DNA from: Candidatus Limnocylindrales bacterium
GTDB taxonomy: Bacteria; Moduliflexota; Moduliflexia; Moduliflexales; JAUQPW01
DNA: 64,000 bases
NCBI GenBank assembly: GCA_035559535.1
Contig: DATMBG010000052.1
Location: 1-64,000, forward strand
Direction of reading: 5' to 3'
The notes below the pieces were generated by a model that saw only the letters and a program-made list of their open reading frames with translations, was not told where the DNA came from and did not search any database. This document shows positions 49,469 to 59,685 of the stretch, piece by piece. The translations under genes and the position numbers were made by a program. The first letter of the stretch is position 1. Each line of letters starts with the position of its first letter.

Positions 49469-50608
49469 ATGATCGGTTTGTATATCCACATTCCCTTTTG
49501 CGCAAGCAAATGCTACTACTGTGATTTTAATTCCTATGCCGGAAAAGGAAATCTCGCTGGTAGCTTTTTTGAGGCCCTGGCTCTGGAGGTGGAGTCCTAT
49601 CTTAGACAGGGTGTTTTCGACCAGGGAGTTCAAACGATTTTTTTTGGAGGCGGAACCCCTTCCTTATATATCGATGAAATCGTCGAATTTTTAAACGCTT
49701 ACTATCCTCGATGGAAGGTGATTTCAGGTGCGGAGATTACCTTAGAAGCCAATCCCGGAACGGTTACCGCAGAAAAATTTGAAAAGTTGAGAAAATCCCC
49801 AGTGAATCGCTTGAGTTTTGGATTTCAGTCCTTCCACCCGGTTATTTTGAAAAGGTTAGGAAGAACCCACGGTCCGGAGGATTTATTCCAGGCCTTCCAG
49901 ATGGCCCGTAATGCGGGATTTAATAATATTAATTGCGATCTTATTTTTGCCGTTCCAGGTCAAACCTTAGAGATGTGGCAAGAAGATCTGGACCGGTTGA
50001 TCGGCCTTCATCCGGAGCATATTTCCACCTACAATTTGACCCTTGAGGAAGGTACCAGGTTCTGGGAATGGTATACCCTGGGAACCCTTAAGATGCCCGA
50101 TGAGGACCTTCAATTAACCCTGTATCAACTCGGTATTGAGCGCCTGTCCAAAGCCGGTTATCAACACTATGAAATCTCCAATTTTGCTCTCCCCGGATTT
50201 CAATCAAAACATAATCAAATCTACTGGCGAAATGAAGAATATCTGGGCCTCGGACCTGGAGCTTTCTCCTATTTATCAGGTCGGCGGTTCTCTAATGTTC
50301 GAGGAATTGAAGAGTATATCCAAAGGCTTTTTAAAGGAGATTCTCCGGTGGTCGAAGAAGAAATCATCAGCCAGGATAAACAAATGGCCGAGACCTTGAT
50401 GATGCATTTACGACTTACGGAAGGTATTTCCCTGGCCTATTTCCGAGATCGATTTGGAGTTTCAGTGGAAGAGGTTTATCCTGAGGCCCTCCAGAAACTC
50501 TTTCATTTGAAGTTAATAGAAAGGGTAGACGGTTATTTGCGACTAACCCGAGAAGGTTTATATGTAGCTAACGAAGTTTTTATTGAATTTTTAGATCCTG
50601 AACTATGA
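49469..50608 (+). CDS. hemW: Radical SAM heme chaperone HemW
   Basis: LYIHIPFC...CYYCDF, GGGTPS, EANP, YEISN, HNQIYW. Confidence 0.93.
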   Translation: MIGLYIHIPFCASKCYYCDFNSYAGKGNLAGSFFEALALEVESYLRQGVFDQGVQTIFFGGGTPSLYIDEIVEFLNAYYPRWKVISGAEITLEANPGTVTAEKFEKLRKSPVNRLSFGFQSFHPVILKRLGRTHGPEDLFQAFQMARNAGFNNINCDLIFAVPGQTLEMWQEDLDRLIGLHPEHISTYNLTLEEGTRFWEWYTLGTLKMPDEDLQLTLYQLGIERLSKAGYQHYEISNFALPGFQSKHNQIYWRNEEYLGLGPGAFSYLSGRRFSNVRGIEEYIQRLFKGDSPVVEEEIISQDKQMAETLMMHLRLTEGISLAYFRDRFGVSVEEVYPEALQKLFHLKLIERVDGYLRLTREGLYVANEVFIEFLDPEL

Positions 50609-51630
50609 TAAATTCTTATCAGATCCTTAAAGAAATTAAACAGATCGTCGATAAATCTAAAAGTTTTCTCATCACCGGACAATATAATCCCGACGGGGAT
50701 TCTATCGGGGCAGAGCTGGCCTTGTATAAGATTTTATCGGTTGCCAAGAGCGGTCAGAACGGTATCTTAGACCCTGAAGTCGTTATTGATGTTGTCAACG
50801 AAGAACTTCCACCCCATCGCTACCACTTTCTTCCTAATTTTCAGGCCGTTAAGTCCCTGGAAGAAGTTCAAGGCCGGAGATACGAGGTCGGATTTATTGT
50901 AGATGGCGGGAGGGATCGTACGGGCGAAGTTCTTCCACTCTTAGAGAAGTGCGATTATACCATCAATATCGATCATCACAAAAGTCGCCTGACAAGTACT
51001 GATACCATTTCCTGGATAGAGCCTTATGTTTCCTCTACCTGTGAGTTGGTCTTCGAATTTATCGATCACCCGGATTGGCAAGTTCCCCTCACTCCGGATA
51101 TCGCGACCTGTATTTATGCCGGAATGATTTACGATACGGGTTCTTTTCAGTTTTCCTCAACCTCTCCCCGAACCCATCGTATTGCGGCTCGATTACTAGA
51201 AGCCGGAATCAGTGCCTGGAAAATTAGCGAAGAGGTTCTTCTATCCAAATCTTATGCCGCGCTTAAATTACTCACCGCCGTTTTATCGGAAGTTCGTCGA
51301 GATCCCAGGGGAAGTATTTTATGGAGTGTTATTACCCAAAAAATGCTGAAAGAAACTGGAGCAACCCCTCAAGATGAAGAAGGGATTATCAATCAGTATA
51401 ATTTTGTAGAGGGTTGTGAGGCGGCTGTTTTGTTTAAAGAACTTGATAAAAACAAAATCAAAGTATCCCTTCGATCCCGGGGTAAGGTCGATATGGGAGC
51501 TATTGCCAAAACCCTTAATCCTGGAGGTGGAGGCCACGAGCGTGCTGCCGGGTGTACCTTAGAAGGGCCCATGGAAGAAGTCCAGAAGCGTGTACTCAAA
51601 GCCGTGGAAAAAGCCTTATACGGTTCTTAG
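50605..51630 (+). CDS. nrnA: DHH/DHHA1 oligoribonuclease/pAp phosphatase
   Basis: PDGD, IDHH, DTGSF, SLRS, GGGH. Confidence 0.9.
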   Translation: MINSYQILKEIKQIVDKSKSFLITGQYNPDGDSIGAELALYKILSVAKSGQNGILDPEVVIDVVNEELPPHRYHFLPNFQAVKSLEEVQGRRYEVGFIVDGGRDRTGEVLPLLEKCDYTINIDHHKSRLTSTDTISWIEPYVSSTCELVFEFIDHPDWQVPLTPDIATCIYAGMIYDTGSFQFSSTSPRTHRIAARLLEAGISAWKISEEVLLSKSYAALKLLTAVLSEVRRDPRGSILWSVITQKMLKETGATPQDEEGIINQYNFVEGCEAAVLFKELDKNKIKVSLRSRGKVDMGAIAKTLNPGGGGHERAAGCTLEGPMEEVQKRVLKAVEKALYGS

Positions 51631-51723
51631 GGCTGAAGATATTTTTATTTCAGCCCGGATCTTGCTCCGTCTCCAGAGGTCCCAGGGATTCATAATAACA
51701 GACTCTGGAAATTTTTCTCGAGT

Positions 51724-52263
51724 CTATTCGGGGTCTAAGGTATAGGTCAGATCAAAATCCAGGTATCCTTCGATTTTGTCACCGGCAGGAAGTAAAAAAC
51801 CCTTACCCATATAGGTTCCTCTCCCCTGGATAGGGGCAAACTTACCACTTCCTCGAATGATGGTACTTTCCCCCTTAAACGAAAAAACCTTTCCTTCCTG
51901 CTCAACGGTTGTAATTCCCTCGTTCTTGGTTGCAAGGGTGGATCCATCTGTAAAGGTGTAGACAAAATATAAAGTATGTGGACCACTCCCGTTAATATAA
52001 TCGCTTGTGAAGCTATAAAAAACCGTAGCGATTCCACCTATGGGGAAGAAGGCCAGACCAGTACCCTGTCCTATCCCCAGAATGTGACCAGGTACATCCT
52101 GGACTTCTATGGACTCCAACCGGGTGATGTGCTGAACCTGTCGCCACTTCAGGGTGGCGGCTTCGGCCTGTATGGCAGATATCCCTAGCCAGACCAGGAT
52201 AATCAAAAGGCTCCCGGCAAGCAGCTTACCTCTATAATTCCCTTTGCTTACAAACCAACGCAT
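51724..52263 (-). CDS. Exported beta-rich hypothetical protein
   Basis: Signal-peptide-like segment, DVPGH, GSGKFAPIQGRG; start uncertain. Confidence 0.65.
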   Translation of the reverse strand: MRWFVSKGNYRGKLLAGSLLIILVWLGISAIQAEAATLKWRQVQHITRLESIEVQDVPGHILGIGQGTGLAFFPIGGIATVFYSFTSDYINGSGPHTLYFVYTFTDGSTLATKNEGITTVEQEGKVFSFKGESTIIRGSGKFAPIQGRGTYMGKGFLLPAGDKIEGYLDFDLTYTLDPE

Positions 52264-52347
52264 AAATCGTTCTTTTGGTAAAAGGACCCCACCCTTCCAC
52301 ACTTTTTCACGTCCTTCGTGGATGAATAAAATCAGTAACTTACAGAT

Positions 52348-53541
52348 TCAGGAAGAAGGGAGATCTATGCTCGATTCCTTGAAATATTCGTCCAACACAA
52401 GGAGGACCGCCTTTATCATCTCCGTCCGAGGGAATGGATCCACATAACGGGGCGAAAAGACATGGGATAATGCAATACCCCAATGGTCTGCTTTTACAAC
52501 CCCAAGACAGGTGGCGTCTCCTGTACTTTCAAAAAATTTCGAGTCCGGAAGAAGCAGTTGAGTATCATTGAGAACGTTGTATTTATACAATTCACGACCG
52601 GAAATATATAAAAACAAATCGTCCGGGTTGGTAATAAATTTAAACCCTTTTTTAAAAGCGCTCTGGGGATAAACGGCGGAGATGGAGAAAAGTTTGATGG
52701 AATCCCGGAGTCTTATCCGTGCATAGTTGTTTTGGCAGGTAATCCTGGCCAGGTCCAGGATCCCCTCGGGAAGGTCTGCCAGATCGTTGGCAAACTCTTC
52801 AGCTTTTTCGATTAATTCCTTCAACTCTTTAAGATTACCCGATGAGGCTTTTAATACCTCCTGGATCGTTTCTTTTACTCGATGTCTTAAAGTTCCTGTA
52901 GATTGTCTCAGTTTTCTATATGCCTTTAATAGGATGAGGGCAGCCTGACTCATAGGAGTGGACGGTAAGACTGACCCTCGAAGGGCTCCTGCAAAGCTGA
53001 CCACTGCACGGGTTCTGTCGGCGATATCGGCATAACGGGAATCGGCCAGCATTTGTACGGCGACGGGGCTCCCTTTGCTATAGGTAAAGAAAATCAGTTT
53101 CTCCTCAGGGTTCAGTTCTTGTTTGAGAAGGCGATAGACACTTTCAGCACACCTCTCATTACTTGCAAAGGAATCTCGATAGGCCACATACCGTACGGGA
53201 AAACCGAGGTTCTCAAGTATGGGGATTTGATCCCCAAAGGCCTTTGTTTTAATGAGATGATGGCCAAATCCCGGTAAAATAACCAGAGTTGCATCGAGTC
53301 TTGCAGCTATTTCTCTGTTCAGAACAGGAATGGATGGAATATAGCCAGAAAAGTAGGTTGCATAAAGGTTTGTATTGACATGTAGATCTATCAGGTTAAA
53401 AGTTTCTTCCGAATGAGGGTCCAGGGTGGAGCCCAATGGGATAAAGTAAAGATACTCTTCCAACTTCTTCCCGGATTCTCTCAAAAAGGCTTGAAAGATT
53501 TGTCCAAAACGGATTTTCCATTTATCCGGATGTTGTGACAT
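52348..53541 (-). CDS. Alpha/beta-hydrolase-like protein
   Basis: ILPGF oxyanion region, YSKG nucleophile elbow, ND..., ADHWG; SD GGAG. Confidence 0.65.
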   Translation of the reverse strand: MSQHPDKWKIRFGQIFQAFLRESGKKLEEYLYFIPLGSTLDPHSEETFNLIDLHVNTNLYATYFSGYIPSIPVLNREIAARLDATLVILPGFGHHLIKTKAFGDQIPILENLGFPVRYVAYRDSFASNERCAESVYRLLKQELNPEEKLIFFTYSKGSPVAVQMLADSRYADIADRTRAVVSFAGALRGSVLPSTPMSQAALILLKAYRKLRQSTGTLRHRVKETIQEVLKASSGNLKELKELIEKAEEFANDLADLPEGILDLARITCQNNYARIRLRDSIKLFSISAVYPQSAFKKGFKFITNPDDLFLYISGRELYKYNVLNDTQLLLPDSKFFESTGDATCLGVVKADHWGIALSHVFSPRYVDPFPRTEMIKAVLLVLDEYFKESSIDLPSS

Positions 53542-53946
53542 GTTTAAATTCTCCCGAAACAGGAATAGATAATGTTGCGGTCCTTTTTGTTATAAGGCGA
53601 AATTCTTTCTGAAGACAAGGAAATTTTTTACTCAAATTTCGATATAAGCCGGGTGTATCGTTTCAAGATTAGCTTTACAAGGTAATGTATCTGTATCAGT
53701 AGGTCGAACGTCCCCGGCTACCTCCCCGTGGACGGGGAGGGCTGGGGTGGGGGGCTATGGTAGTAGGTGATAGATGATCTTTGCTAGCCCCCTTGTTTCC
53801 AGTAAGTTAACCTGCTGGGAACAAGAAGGAAATGAATTATTCCGCCACCTACTAAGCAGTTATGACCCGTTGGGTCGCCACGAAGCATAAAAATCGTAAG
53901 ACGATTTTCGTAAGAAATTGTTACAGTTACCAAGGTAATAGTCTCC

Positions 53947-53975
53947 TTGACGAAAAAAAACTCAGGTGCTATTCT
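53947..53975 (+). promoter_or_regulatory. Putative promoter of lptFG
   Basis: TTGACG-N17-TATTCT with extended -10 TG. Confidence 0.55.
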
Positions 53976-53988
53976 CTTCCTGGAGCCT

Positions 53989-55089
53989 ATGAAAATTATC
54001 CGAAGATATATCCTCTTGGAGATGATAAATCCCTTTCTGATAGGGCTTGCGATCTTTACTTTTGTCCTTTTAATGGACAAAACACTCAGTTTAACCGAGC
54101 TGGTGGTTAATAAAGGGGTAAGTGTGGCCGTAGTCGGAAAACTTATCGGTTATCTCCTCCCCTCTTTTTTGGTTCTAACCATTCCCATGGCGGTTTTGGT
54201 CGCCACCCTTATGGCCTTTGGTAGACTTTCTACCGATAGTGAAATCATTGCGTTGAGGGCCTCGGGGGTGAGTCTATACAGTTTGTTTGTTCCGGTTATG
54301 ATATTTTCCCTGATAGCCACATTCATTACCTTTATCATCTACGTTAAGCTTCTCCCCTGGGGAAACTATTCCTTTCGATTGACCCTTTTTAATCTGGCCA
54401 GAACTAAAGCAGCCGTTGGAATTAAGGAGCGGGTTTTTAATTCTACGTTTGAAGGTTTGGATATTTATGTGGATGAGATCGAGCGGGATAACTCGTTTAA
54501 AGGGGTCATGATTGCAGATTCCAGAGACCCTCAAGATCCTCAAATTGTCTTTGCCAAACGAGGTGAACTGCTTTCAGATCCAGAATCCCTTAAAGTAATC
54601 TTGCGTTTGTACGATGCCAATGCCCACCCTCGATATATCACGAATATGACACGATATAAAATTATCAACTTTCCGGTTTCCGATTTTGTTTTAACCTTAC
54701 AAAAGGATAGCAGTGGAATTATAGAAATCCCCCAGTCGGATCGAGACATGCCCATGAGTCGTCTATACGAAATGTATGTGACGGAAAAACAAGCCGGCCG
54801 GCGGTATTATTCTTATCTTATTGAACTCCATAAGAGGTTTTCCATTCCTATTGCTTGCTTTATCTTTAGTTTAATCGGAACCCCTCTGGGTATTACCTCG
54901 AAGCGAGCGGGAAAGTCGGGTGGATTTGCAGTAAGTATCGGATTGATTTTGGTTTATTATATTCTTATAACCGGGGGTGAAAATTTAGGGGATCAGGGAA
55001 AAATCCCGGCTTTTTTAGCCGCCTGGACTCCCAATGTGCTGCTGGGTGGAATTGGGACTTTACTGCTGGTTCGAATGGCTAAACAATAA
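53989..55089 (+). CDS. lptF: LPS export ABC transporter permease LptF
   Basis: RYILLE, GRLSTDSEIIALRASGVS, ELHKRFSIP, AAWTPN; ATG 53989. Confidence 0.93.
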   Translation: MKIIRRYILLEMINPFLIGLAIFTFVLLMDKTLSLTELVVNKGVSVAVVGKLIGYLLPSFLVLTIPMAVLVATLMAFGRLSTDSEIIALRASGVSLYSLFVPVMIFSLIATFITFIIYVKLLPWGNYSFRLTLFNLARTKAAVGIKERVFNSTFEGLDIYVDEIERDNSFKGVMIADSRDPQDPQIVFAKRGELLSDPESLKVILRLYDANAHPRYITNMTRYKIINFPVSDFVLTLQKDSSGIIEIPQSDRDMPMSRLYEMYVTEKQAGRRYYSYLIELHKRFSIPIACFIFSLIGTPLGITSKRAGKSGGFAVSIGLILVYYILITGGENLGDQGKIPAFLAAWTPNVLLGGIGTLLLVRMAKQ

Positions 55090-55125
55090 GGTCTAAAAGT
55101 TGAGATAACTTCTGATTCCTGGTTT

Positions 55126-56211
55126 ATGAAAGTTATAGATCGTTATCTTCTCCGTGAATTCCTGAAGATTTTTTTCTTAGGTTTGATTGCTCTAATTTGT
55201 GTTTTTACCATTGTGGATTTATTCGACCTGATTGACGATATCATTAAAAATCAGGTTCCTCTGAATGTACTTGTGGTCTACTTTTTAACCAAGATTCCGT
55301 GGCTTATTTTCTTTATCATGCCCATATCGATTCTTTTATCCACCCTGTTGACCTTAGGTACCTTTTCCAGGCACAGTGAGATTATTGCCATGCTGGCTAA
55401 TGGAATCAGTATTTATCGAATTTCTCTGCCCTTGCTCATTTTAGGATTTCTGGCCAGCATTTTTCTGTTTATTGCCAATGAAACCTTTATTCCCTGGAGT
55501 AACCAGATCGCCGATGCCTGCAGGAGAATCATAAAAAACCGGCCCCAGGAGACTCAAATGACCAAGAGTGGGATCTGGTTCCGAAGCCCAAAAGAAAATA
55601 GAATTTACAACATCAAACTTCTGGATCCTAACAGGAATGAACTCCATGGTGTAACGATTTATACTTTAGATAAAAATTTTAATATCAAAGAGCGGATCGA
55701 TGTAAGGGTCGCTAAATATCTGGGCAGAGAGTGGATCCTCTACAATGGTTCTCAGAGGACTTTCCAGGGCGACGTTTTAGGTGGAAATCAGACCCTATTT
55801 GCTGAAAGGAGAGGATTTCCTATTCAACCTTCCTTTGAGGAATTCCAGCGCATTCGGAAAGACCCGGAAGAAATGACTTATCGGGAATTAAAGAATTACA
55901 TCGGCGAACTTCAAAGTACTGGATACGATGCCTCTCGTTACATTGTGGATTTACGAGGAAAGATCTCCTTCCCCTTTGTCAGTCTGGTGATGGTTATTAT
56001 CGGAATTCCTTTTGCCTTAAAATCTCCGCGAAGTGGGACCACTGTAGGAATCGGGTTGAGTATTTTCATCGGGTTCAGCTATTGGATTACCTTAAATTTG
56101 GGGTTATCCTTAGGTCATGCCCAGATTTTCCCACCCCTTTTAGCTGCTTGGGTTTCGCACATTCTTTTTGTTGCCATCGGGGGATACCTGATTTTGAGCA
56201 CCCAGACTTGA
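55126..56211 (+). CDS. lptG: LPS export ABC transporter permease LptG
   Basis: IDRYLLREF, SEIIAMLANGIS, PEEM, KISFP, PPLLAAW. Confidence 0.93.
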   Translation: MKVIDRYLLREFLKIFFLGLIALICVFTIVDLFDLIDDIIKNQVPLNVLVVYFLTKIPWLIFFIMPISILLSTLLTLGTFSRHSEIIAMLANGISIYRISLPLLILGFLASIFLFIANETFIPWSNQIADACRRIIKNRPQETQMTKSGIWFRSPKENRIYNIKLLDPNRNELHGVTIYTLDKNFNIKERIDVRVAKYLGREWILYNGSQRTFQGDVLGGNQTLFAERRGFPIQPSFEEFQRIRKDPEEMTYRELKNYIGELQSTGYDASRYIVDLRGKISFPFVSLVMVIIGIPFALKSPRSGTTVGIGLSIFIGFSYWITLNLGLSLGHAQIFPPLLAAWVSHILFVAIGGYLILSTQT

Positions 56212-56343
56212 CGGTATCCTCCTATGGACGGATCCCTTCATACTGCAACCGCACGAAGGGTTGACCATTCATCCTGTTAACCGATACCAGGCGAAGTGGG
56301 GGGGGGGTTGATGATAGCCCGCCAATTCAACAGAACTTTCCTC

Positions 56344-57918
56344 TCATCTCTTTATTTTTGCCTTTACCACGGCCATCACCTGCTCCAACTCCTCCACCTG
56401 AAGAACTCTACACGCTACATAGAAGAGCCCCACACTTACCAGAATACTCAGGCTTACCCAGATAAGGTTTCCTAACAAGCCCCATGAATGCAGATAACCG
56501 GCAAGGCTTTGCCGGGTTATCCAACAGGCCATAGCCATGACTGAAGAGGCTGCGATAATTTTAGAAAAAGAGCGGAGCAGGATTCTCCCATGAATTCCTT
56601 TGAGTTTATAACGTAGAATCGAGATTAAAAAGGTAAAATTGAAGATGGCCATGAGAGAAGTAGAGAGGGCCAATCCCCGATGGCCCAGGGGTTGAATCAA
56701 CAGCCAGTTGAGTAAAATATTATTAACAATGGAGATCAAACTGACCATCATAGGGATTTGAGTATCCTTTAAGGCATAAAAAGCCGGTACCAGGACTTTG
56801 ATTCCTGCGTAAGCCGAGAGGCCGATAGCATAAAAGGCCAAAGCTCCGGCGGTTTCCTGGGTGTCAAAACTTGTAAACCGCCCGTGCTCGTAAATGAGGC
56901 GGATGATAGGACTTCCGAGTACGATAAGTCCGAACGAAGCCGGAATGGTCAGCAAAAAGACCAGACCCAGGGAGGAGGCTAGAGTCTGGCGGAATTCATC
57001 CATGTCCTGGCGGGCGGCACTTCTGGAGATGGCCGGAAGGGTGGCCGTCGCGATAGCAACCCCGAAGACCCCGATAGGGAATTGCATAAGCCGGAAGGCA
57101 TAGTTAAGCCAGGAGACCCAGCTTTGCTGGGTAGAAGCGAAATAGGTATTAATAAAAACATTGATCTGTACGGCGGCCTGGCCTATAATGGCGGGACCGA
57201 TGAGTTTCATAATCTGGCGAATACCCGGGTCTGAAAAGCTTATGATCGGCTGATAGCGAAATCCAACCCGATAGAGAGAAGGGACCTGGATAAAAAACTG
57301 GAGTAATCCTCCGGCCAGAGTACCGATGGCCATTCCCACAATGGGTTCCTGGCCCAGATAGGGCATCAGATAAACGCAAGACACCCCTACCAGGATAGAT
57401 CCCACGTTGAAGAACGTAGAAGCCGAAGCCGGAATTCCAAACCGATCCTTTGTATTTAAAATTCCCATGGCTACGGCGGCCAGGGAAATGAGTGGAAGGA
57501 AGGGAAACATGATCTGGGTCAATTTGACCGTGAGGGCTACTTTACCGGGAATATCTTCGAACCGGGGGGCCATCCAGGAGACAATCTGGTCTGAAAACAA
57601 AATACCCAGAAAGGCAACTCCTCCTAAAAGGAGGGTAAGGGTGTTAAGGACCAGGTTGGCCAGACGCCAGGCGGCTCCCTCTCCTTTTTCCACCTGCCAT
57701 TGGGTAAATGTGGTCACGAAGGCCGAGCTTAGAGCCCCTTCCGCGAATAAATCCCGGAGAAGGTTAGGGATACGGAAGGCTACAGTGAAAGCATCGTAGG
57801 CCAGTCCCGCTCCAAAGAGGGCTGCAAAAACCTGTTCCCGGATCAAACCTAAAATACGGCTGGCCATAACGGCCAGACTTACAATGCCTGAAGATTTAAC
57901 AAGGCGCGAGGTTGACAT
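56344..57918 (-). CDS. murJ: Lipid II flippase MurJ
   Basis: SRILGLIRE, DAF..AFRIPNLLRDLFAEGA, RLMQFPIG. Confidence 0.96.
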   Translation of the reverse strand: MSTSRLVKSSGIVSLAVMASRILGLIREQVFAALFGAGLAYDAFTVAFRIPNLLRDLFAEGALSSAFVTTFTQWQVEKGEGAAWRLANLVLNTLTLLLGGVAFLGILFSDQIVSWMAPRFEDIPGKVALTVKLTQIMFPFLPLISLAAVAMGILNTKDRFGIPASASTFFNVGSILVGVSCVYLMPYLGQEPIVGMAIGTLAGGLLQFFIQVPSLYRVGFRYQPIISFSDPGIRQIMKLIGPAIIGQAAVQINVFINTYFASTQQSWVSWLNYAFRLMQFPIGVFGVAIATATLPAISRSAARQDMDEFRQTLASSLGLVFLLTIPASFGLIVLGSPIIRLIYEHGRFTSFDTQETAGALAFYAIGLSAYAGIKVLVPAFYALKDTQIPMMVSLISIVNNILLNWLLIQPLGHRGLALSTSLMAIFNFTFLISILRYKLKGIHGRILLRSFSKIIAASSVMAMACWITRQSLAGYLHSWGLLGNLIWVSLSILVSVGLFYVACRVLQVEELEQVMAVVKAKIKR

Positions 57919-57996
57919 GGTTTTTATTCTAAGCTGAACGTTTTAGGGTTTCAATACTTATTTCCGGCATAATTTTCTGAAAAAAAGGTTTCCTGC

Positions 57997-58026
57997 TTGA
58001 CAACAATCAGGAGATATTTCTACAAT
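57997..58026 (+). promoter_or_regulatory. Putative promoter upstream of the MetE-like gene
   Basis: TTGACA-N18-TACAAT, ~330 nt before the ATG. Confidence 0.55.
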
Positions 58027-58053
58027 AACTCCAGGTATAAGGAGAATATTAAG

Positions 58054-58141
58054 ATTAGCCACAAAGGCATAAAGATATACAGGATCGGTCAATTTTCTTA
58101 TTTTTAATGATCCCTTCTGTCTGTGTGCCTTTGTGGCTAAT
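58054..58141. repeat. Long hairpin element (CACAAAG/CTTTGTG family)
   Basis: ATTAGCCACAAAGGCA ... TGCCTTTGTGGCTAAT; weaker relatives at ~13820-13980 and ~21285-21348. Confidence 0.7.
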
Positions 58142-58192
58142 TAGTTTTATATCTGCTTATAGCCCAGAACGTCCCTGATAGAAAGTAGGAGC

Positions 58193-58220
58193 GTAGGGGC
58201 GTAAGGCCTTACGCCCCTAC
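58193..58220. repeat. GTAG-type REP palindrome
   Basis: GTAGGGGCGTAAGGCCTTACGCCCCTAC is a perfect palindrome. Confidence 0.8.
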
Positions 58221-58357
58221 AAGAACAGGAAAGTTCCTGAGAACTTCGGTGTTACAAGCCTGACAGAAAAAGGATAACAACAGGAGTGGGTACTGAGTAG
58301 TGGGTAAAGAATCTTTGGGTGTTATGGCTCAGTACTTGGTATCCCTCTTTTTTAAGC

Positions 58358-59395
58358 ATGACCACACAACCTCACCCCCTTTTACCTACTACTGTTGTAG
58401 GAAGTTATGCCACCCCTGGGTGGATGTGGACGGCATTAGAGGAAGTCAAACAGGGCAAATACGGAGTAACCGACATTAAAGAACTATATGATGACGCGGT
58501 TAAAATTGCCATTTTTGATCAGGAGAAAGCCGGTGTAGATATCATCAGCGATGGCGAGATGCGTCGATTTTTCTTTGTCCAGAATTATTACAAGCGATTT
58601 ACGGGACTTGCTCCGATCGAACCGTTGAGAAAAACGGGTCTTTATGGTTATGACAGCCCTGTCCGATATCGCCCTGTGGAAAAAATTAAGGTTCCCGAAG
58701 GCCTGGGTATTGTGGAGGAGTATCGATTTCTTCGACAAAACACCCAGAAACCCGTCAAAGTAGCCGTAGCCGGACCCTTAACCTTAACGATTCATATTCA
58801 TCTGGAAAAAAACGATCCCTATTACAAAGATCGTTTAGAGCTGGCCTATGAGTTTGCAGAAGTGGTCAATGCGGAATTAAAGGCCCTGGTGGCCGAAGGA
58901 GCTGATTTTATTCAAATTGATGAGCCCTCCTATGCCATTATTCCAGGGACCACCCGGGATTGGATTCATCTTTTTAACAAGTGTGTTGAAGGGGTCAATG
59001 CCAAGATCGCCCTTCATATTTGTTTTGGCAATCTCCTCAGCAGACCTCGCGGAAAGCGTACGTATCGTTGGATGTTTCCCGACTTACTGGAAGCCAAGGC
59101 CCAACAATTTGTCTTTGAGTATGCCAATCGCGAAATGAAAGAAATCGAGCTTTGGAAAGAGTTTGGGATCGACCGTGAGTTAGGAGCCGGTCTCATCGAC
59201 GTAAAGTCCTTCTATGTGGAGACCCCTGAGGATGTTGCCGAGCGTATTCGAGAAACCCTCAAATATGTTCCTGCCGAGAAACTTTATATCAACCCCGATT
59301 GCGGTTTTTTCCCGGTTCCCCGATGGCTGGCCTATCTTAAACTGCAGCGGATGGTTGAGGGGACAAAGATTGTGCGGAAGGAGTTAGCAGGTTAA
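58358..59395 (+). CDS. Cobalamin-independent methionine synthase, single-barrel (MetE-like, catalytic domain only)
   Basis: TTVVGSY, DGEMRR, IQIDEP, Zn ligands HICFGN / E / PDCG; ATG 58358. Confidence 0.9.
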   Translation: MTTQPHPLLPTTVVGSYATPGWMWTALEEVKQGKYGVTDIKELYDDAVKIAIFDQEKAGVDIISDGEMRRFFFVQNYYKRFTGLAPIEPLRKTGLYGYDSPVRYRPVEKIKVPEGLGIVEEYRFLRQNTQKPVKVAVAGPLTLTIHIHLEKNDPYYKDRLELAYEFAEVVNAELKALVAEGADFIQIDEPSYAIIPGTTRDWIHLFNKCVEGVNAKIALHICFGNLLSRPRGKRTYRWMFPDLLEAKAQQFVFEYANREMKEIELWKEFGIDRELGAGLIDVKSFYVETPEDVAERIRETLKYVPAEKLYINPDCGFFPVPRWLAYLKLQRMVEGTKIVRKELAG

Positions 59396-59642
59396 GAGCG
59401 AATAGCAGGTTAACCGTCCCGGACAGTAGGTTAACCGTCCCGGTTGACATAAGAGAAGCTATGCTCTCTATAGTTCTCAGAAGTAATCTTTCTTTATTCA
59501 GCCTGGACTGGTAAGCATGGCTTTACCGGTTCAGATCCCGAACTATGCAAAAAATGAGCATACCCGAAAACTGTAGCGTAGGCAGGCTGAGGATGAAGTT
59601 TTTTGTCTTAAACCTTGTTTCTTTATCTATATTTTAACCGAG

Positions 59643-59670
59643 GTAGGGGCGATCGGCCGGTCGCCCCTAC
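59643..59670. repeat. GTAG-type REP directly upstream of csx20
   Basis: GTAGGGGCGATCGGCCGGTCGCCCCTAC. Confidence 0.8.
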
Positions 59671-59685
59671 CGGGGAACCTATAAA

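Noticed and set aside
56298-56307. G10 run (and C10 at 63862-63871) as phase-variation tracts
   Set aside because: Both lie downstream of genes, outside coding or promoter regions, so no switchable target is evident.
59385-59443. Possible degenerate CRISPR array next to csx20
   Set aside because: Repeats are only 11-16 bp with 5-7 bp gaps, far from CRISPR repeat/spacer geometry.
59554-59590. TPP-riboswitch-like words (TGAG.ATACCCG...AGCGTAGG)
   Set aside because: Lacks the 5' GGGG P2 strand and the CTGAT..GG.TAAT.CC P4/P5 arm, and the downstream genes are unrelated to thiamine.
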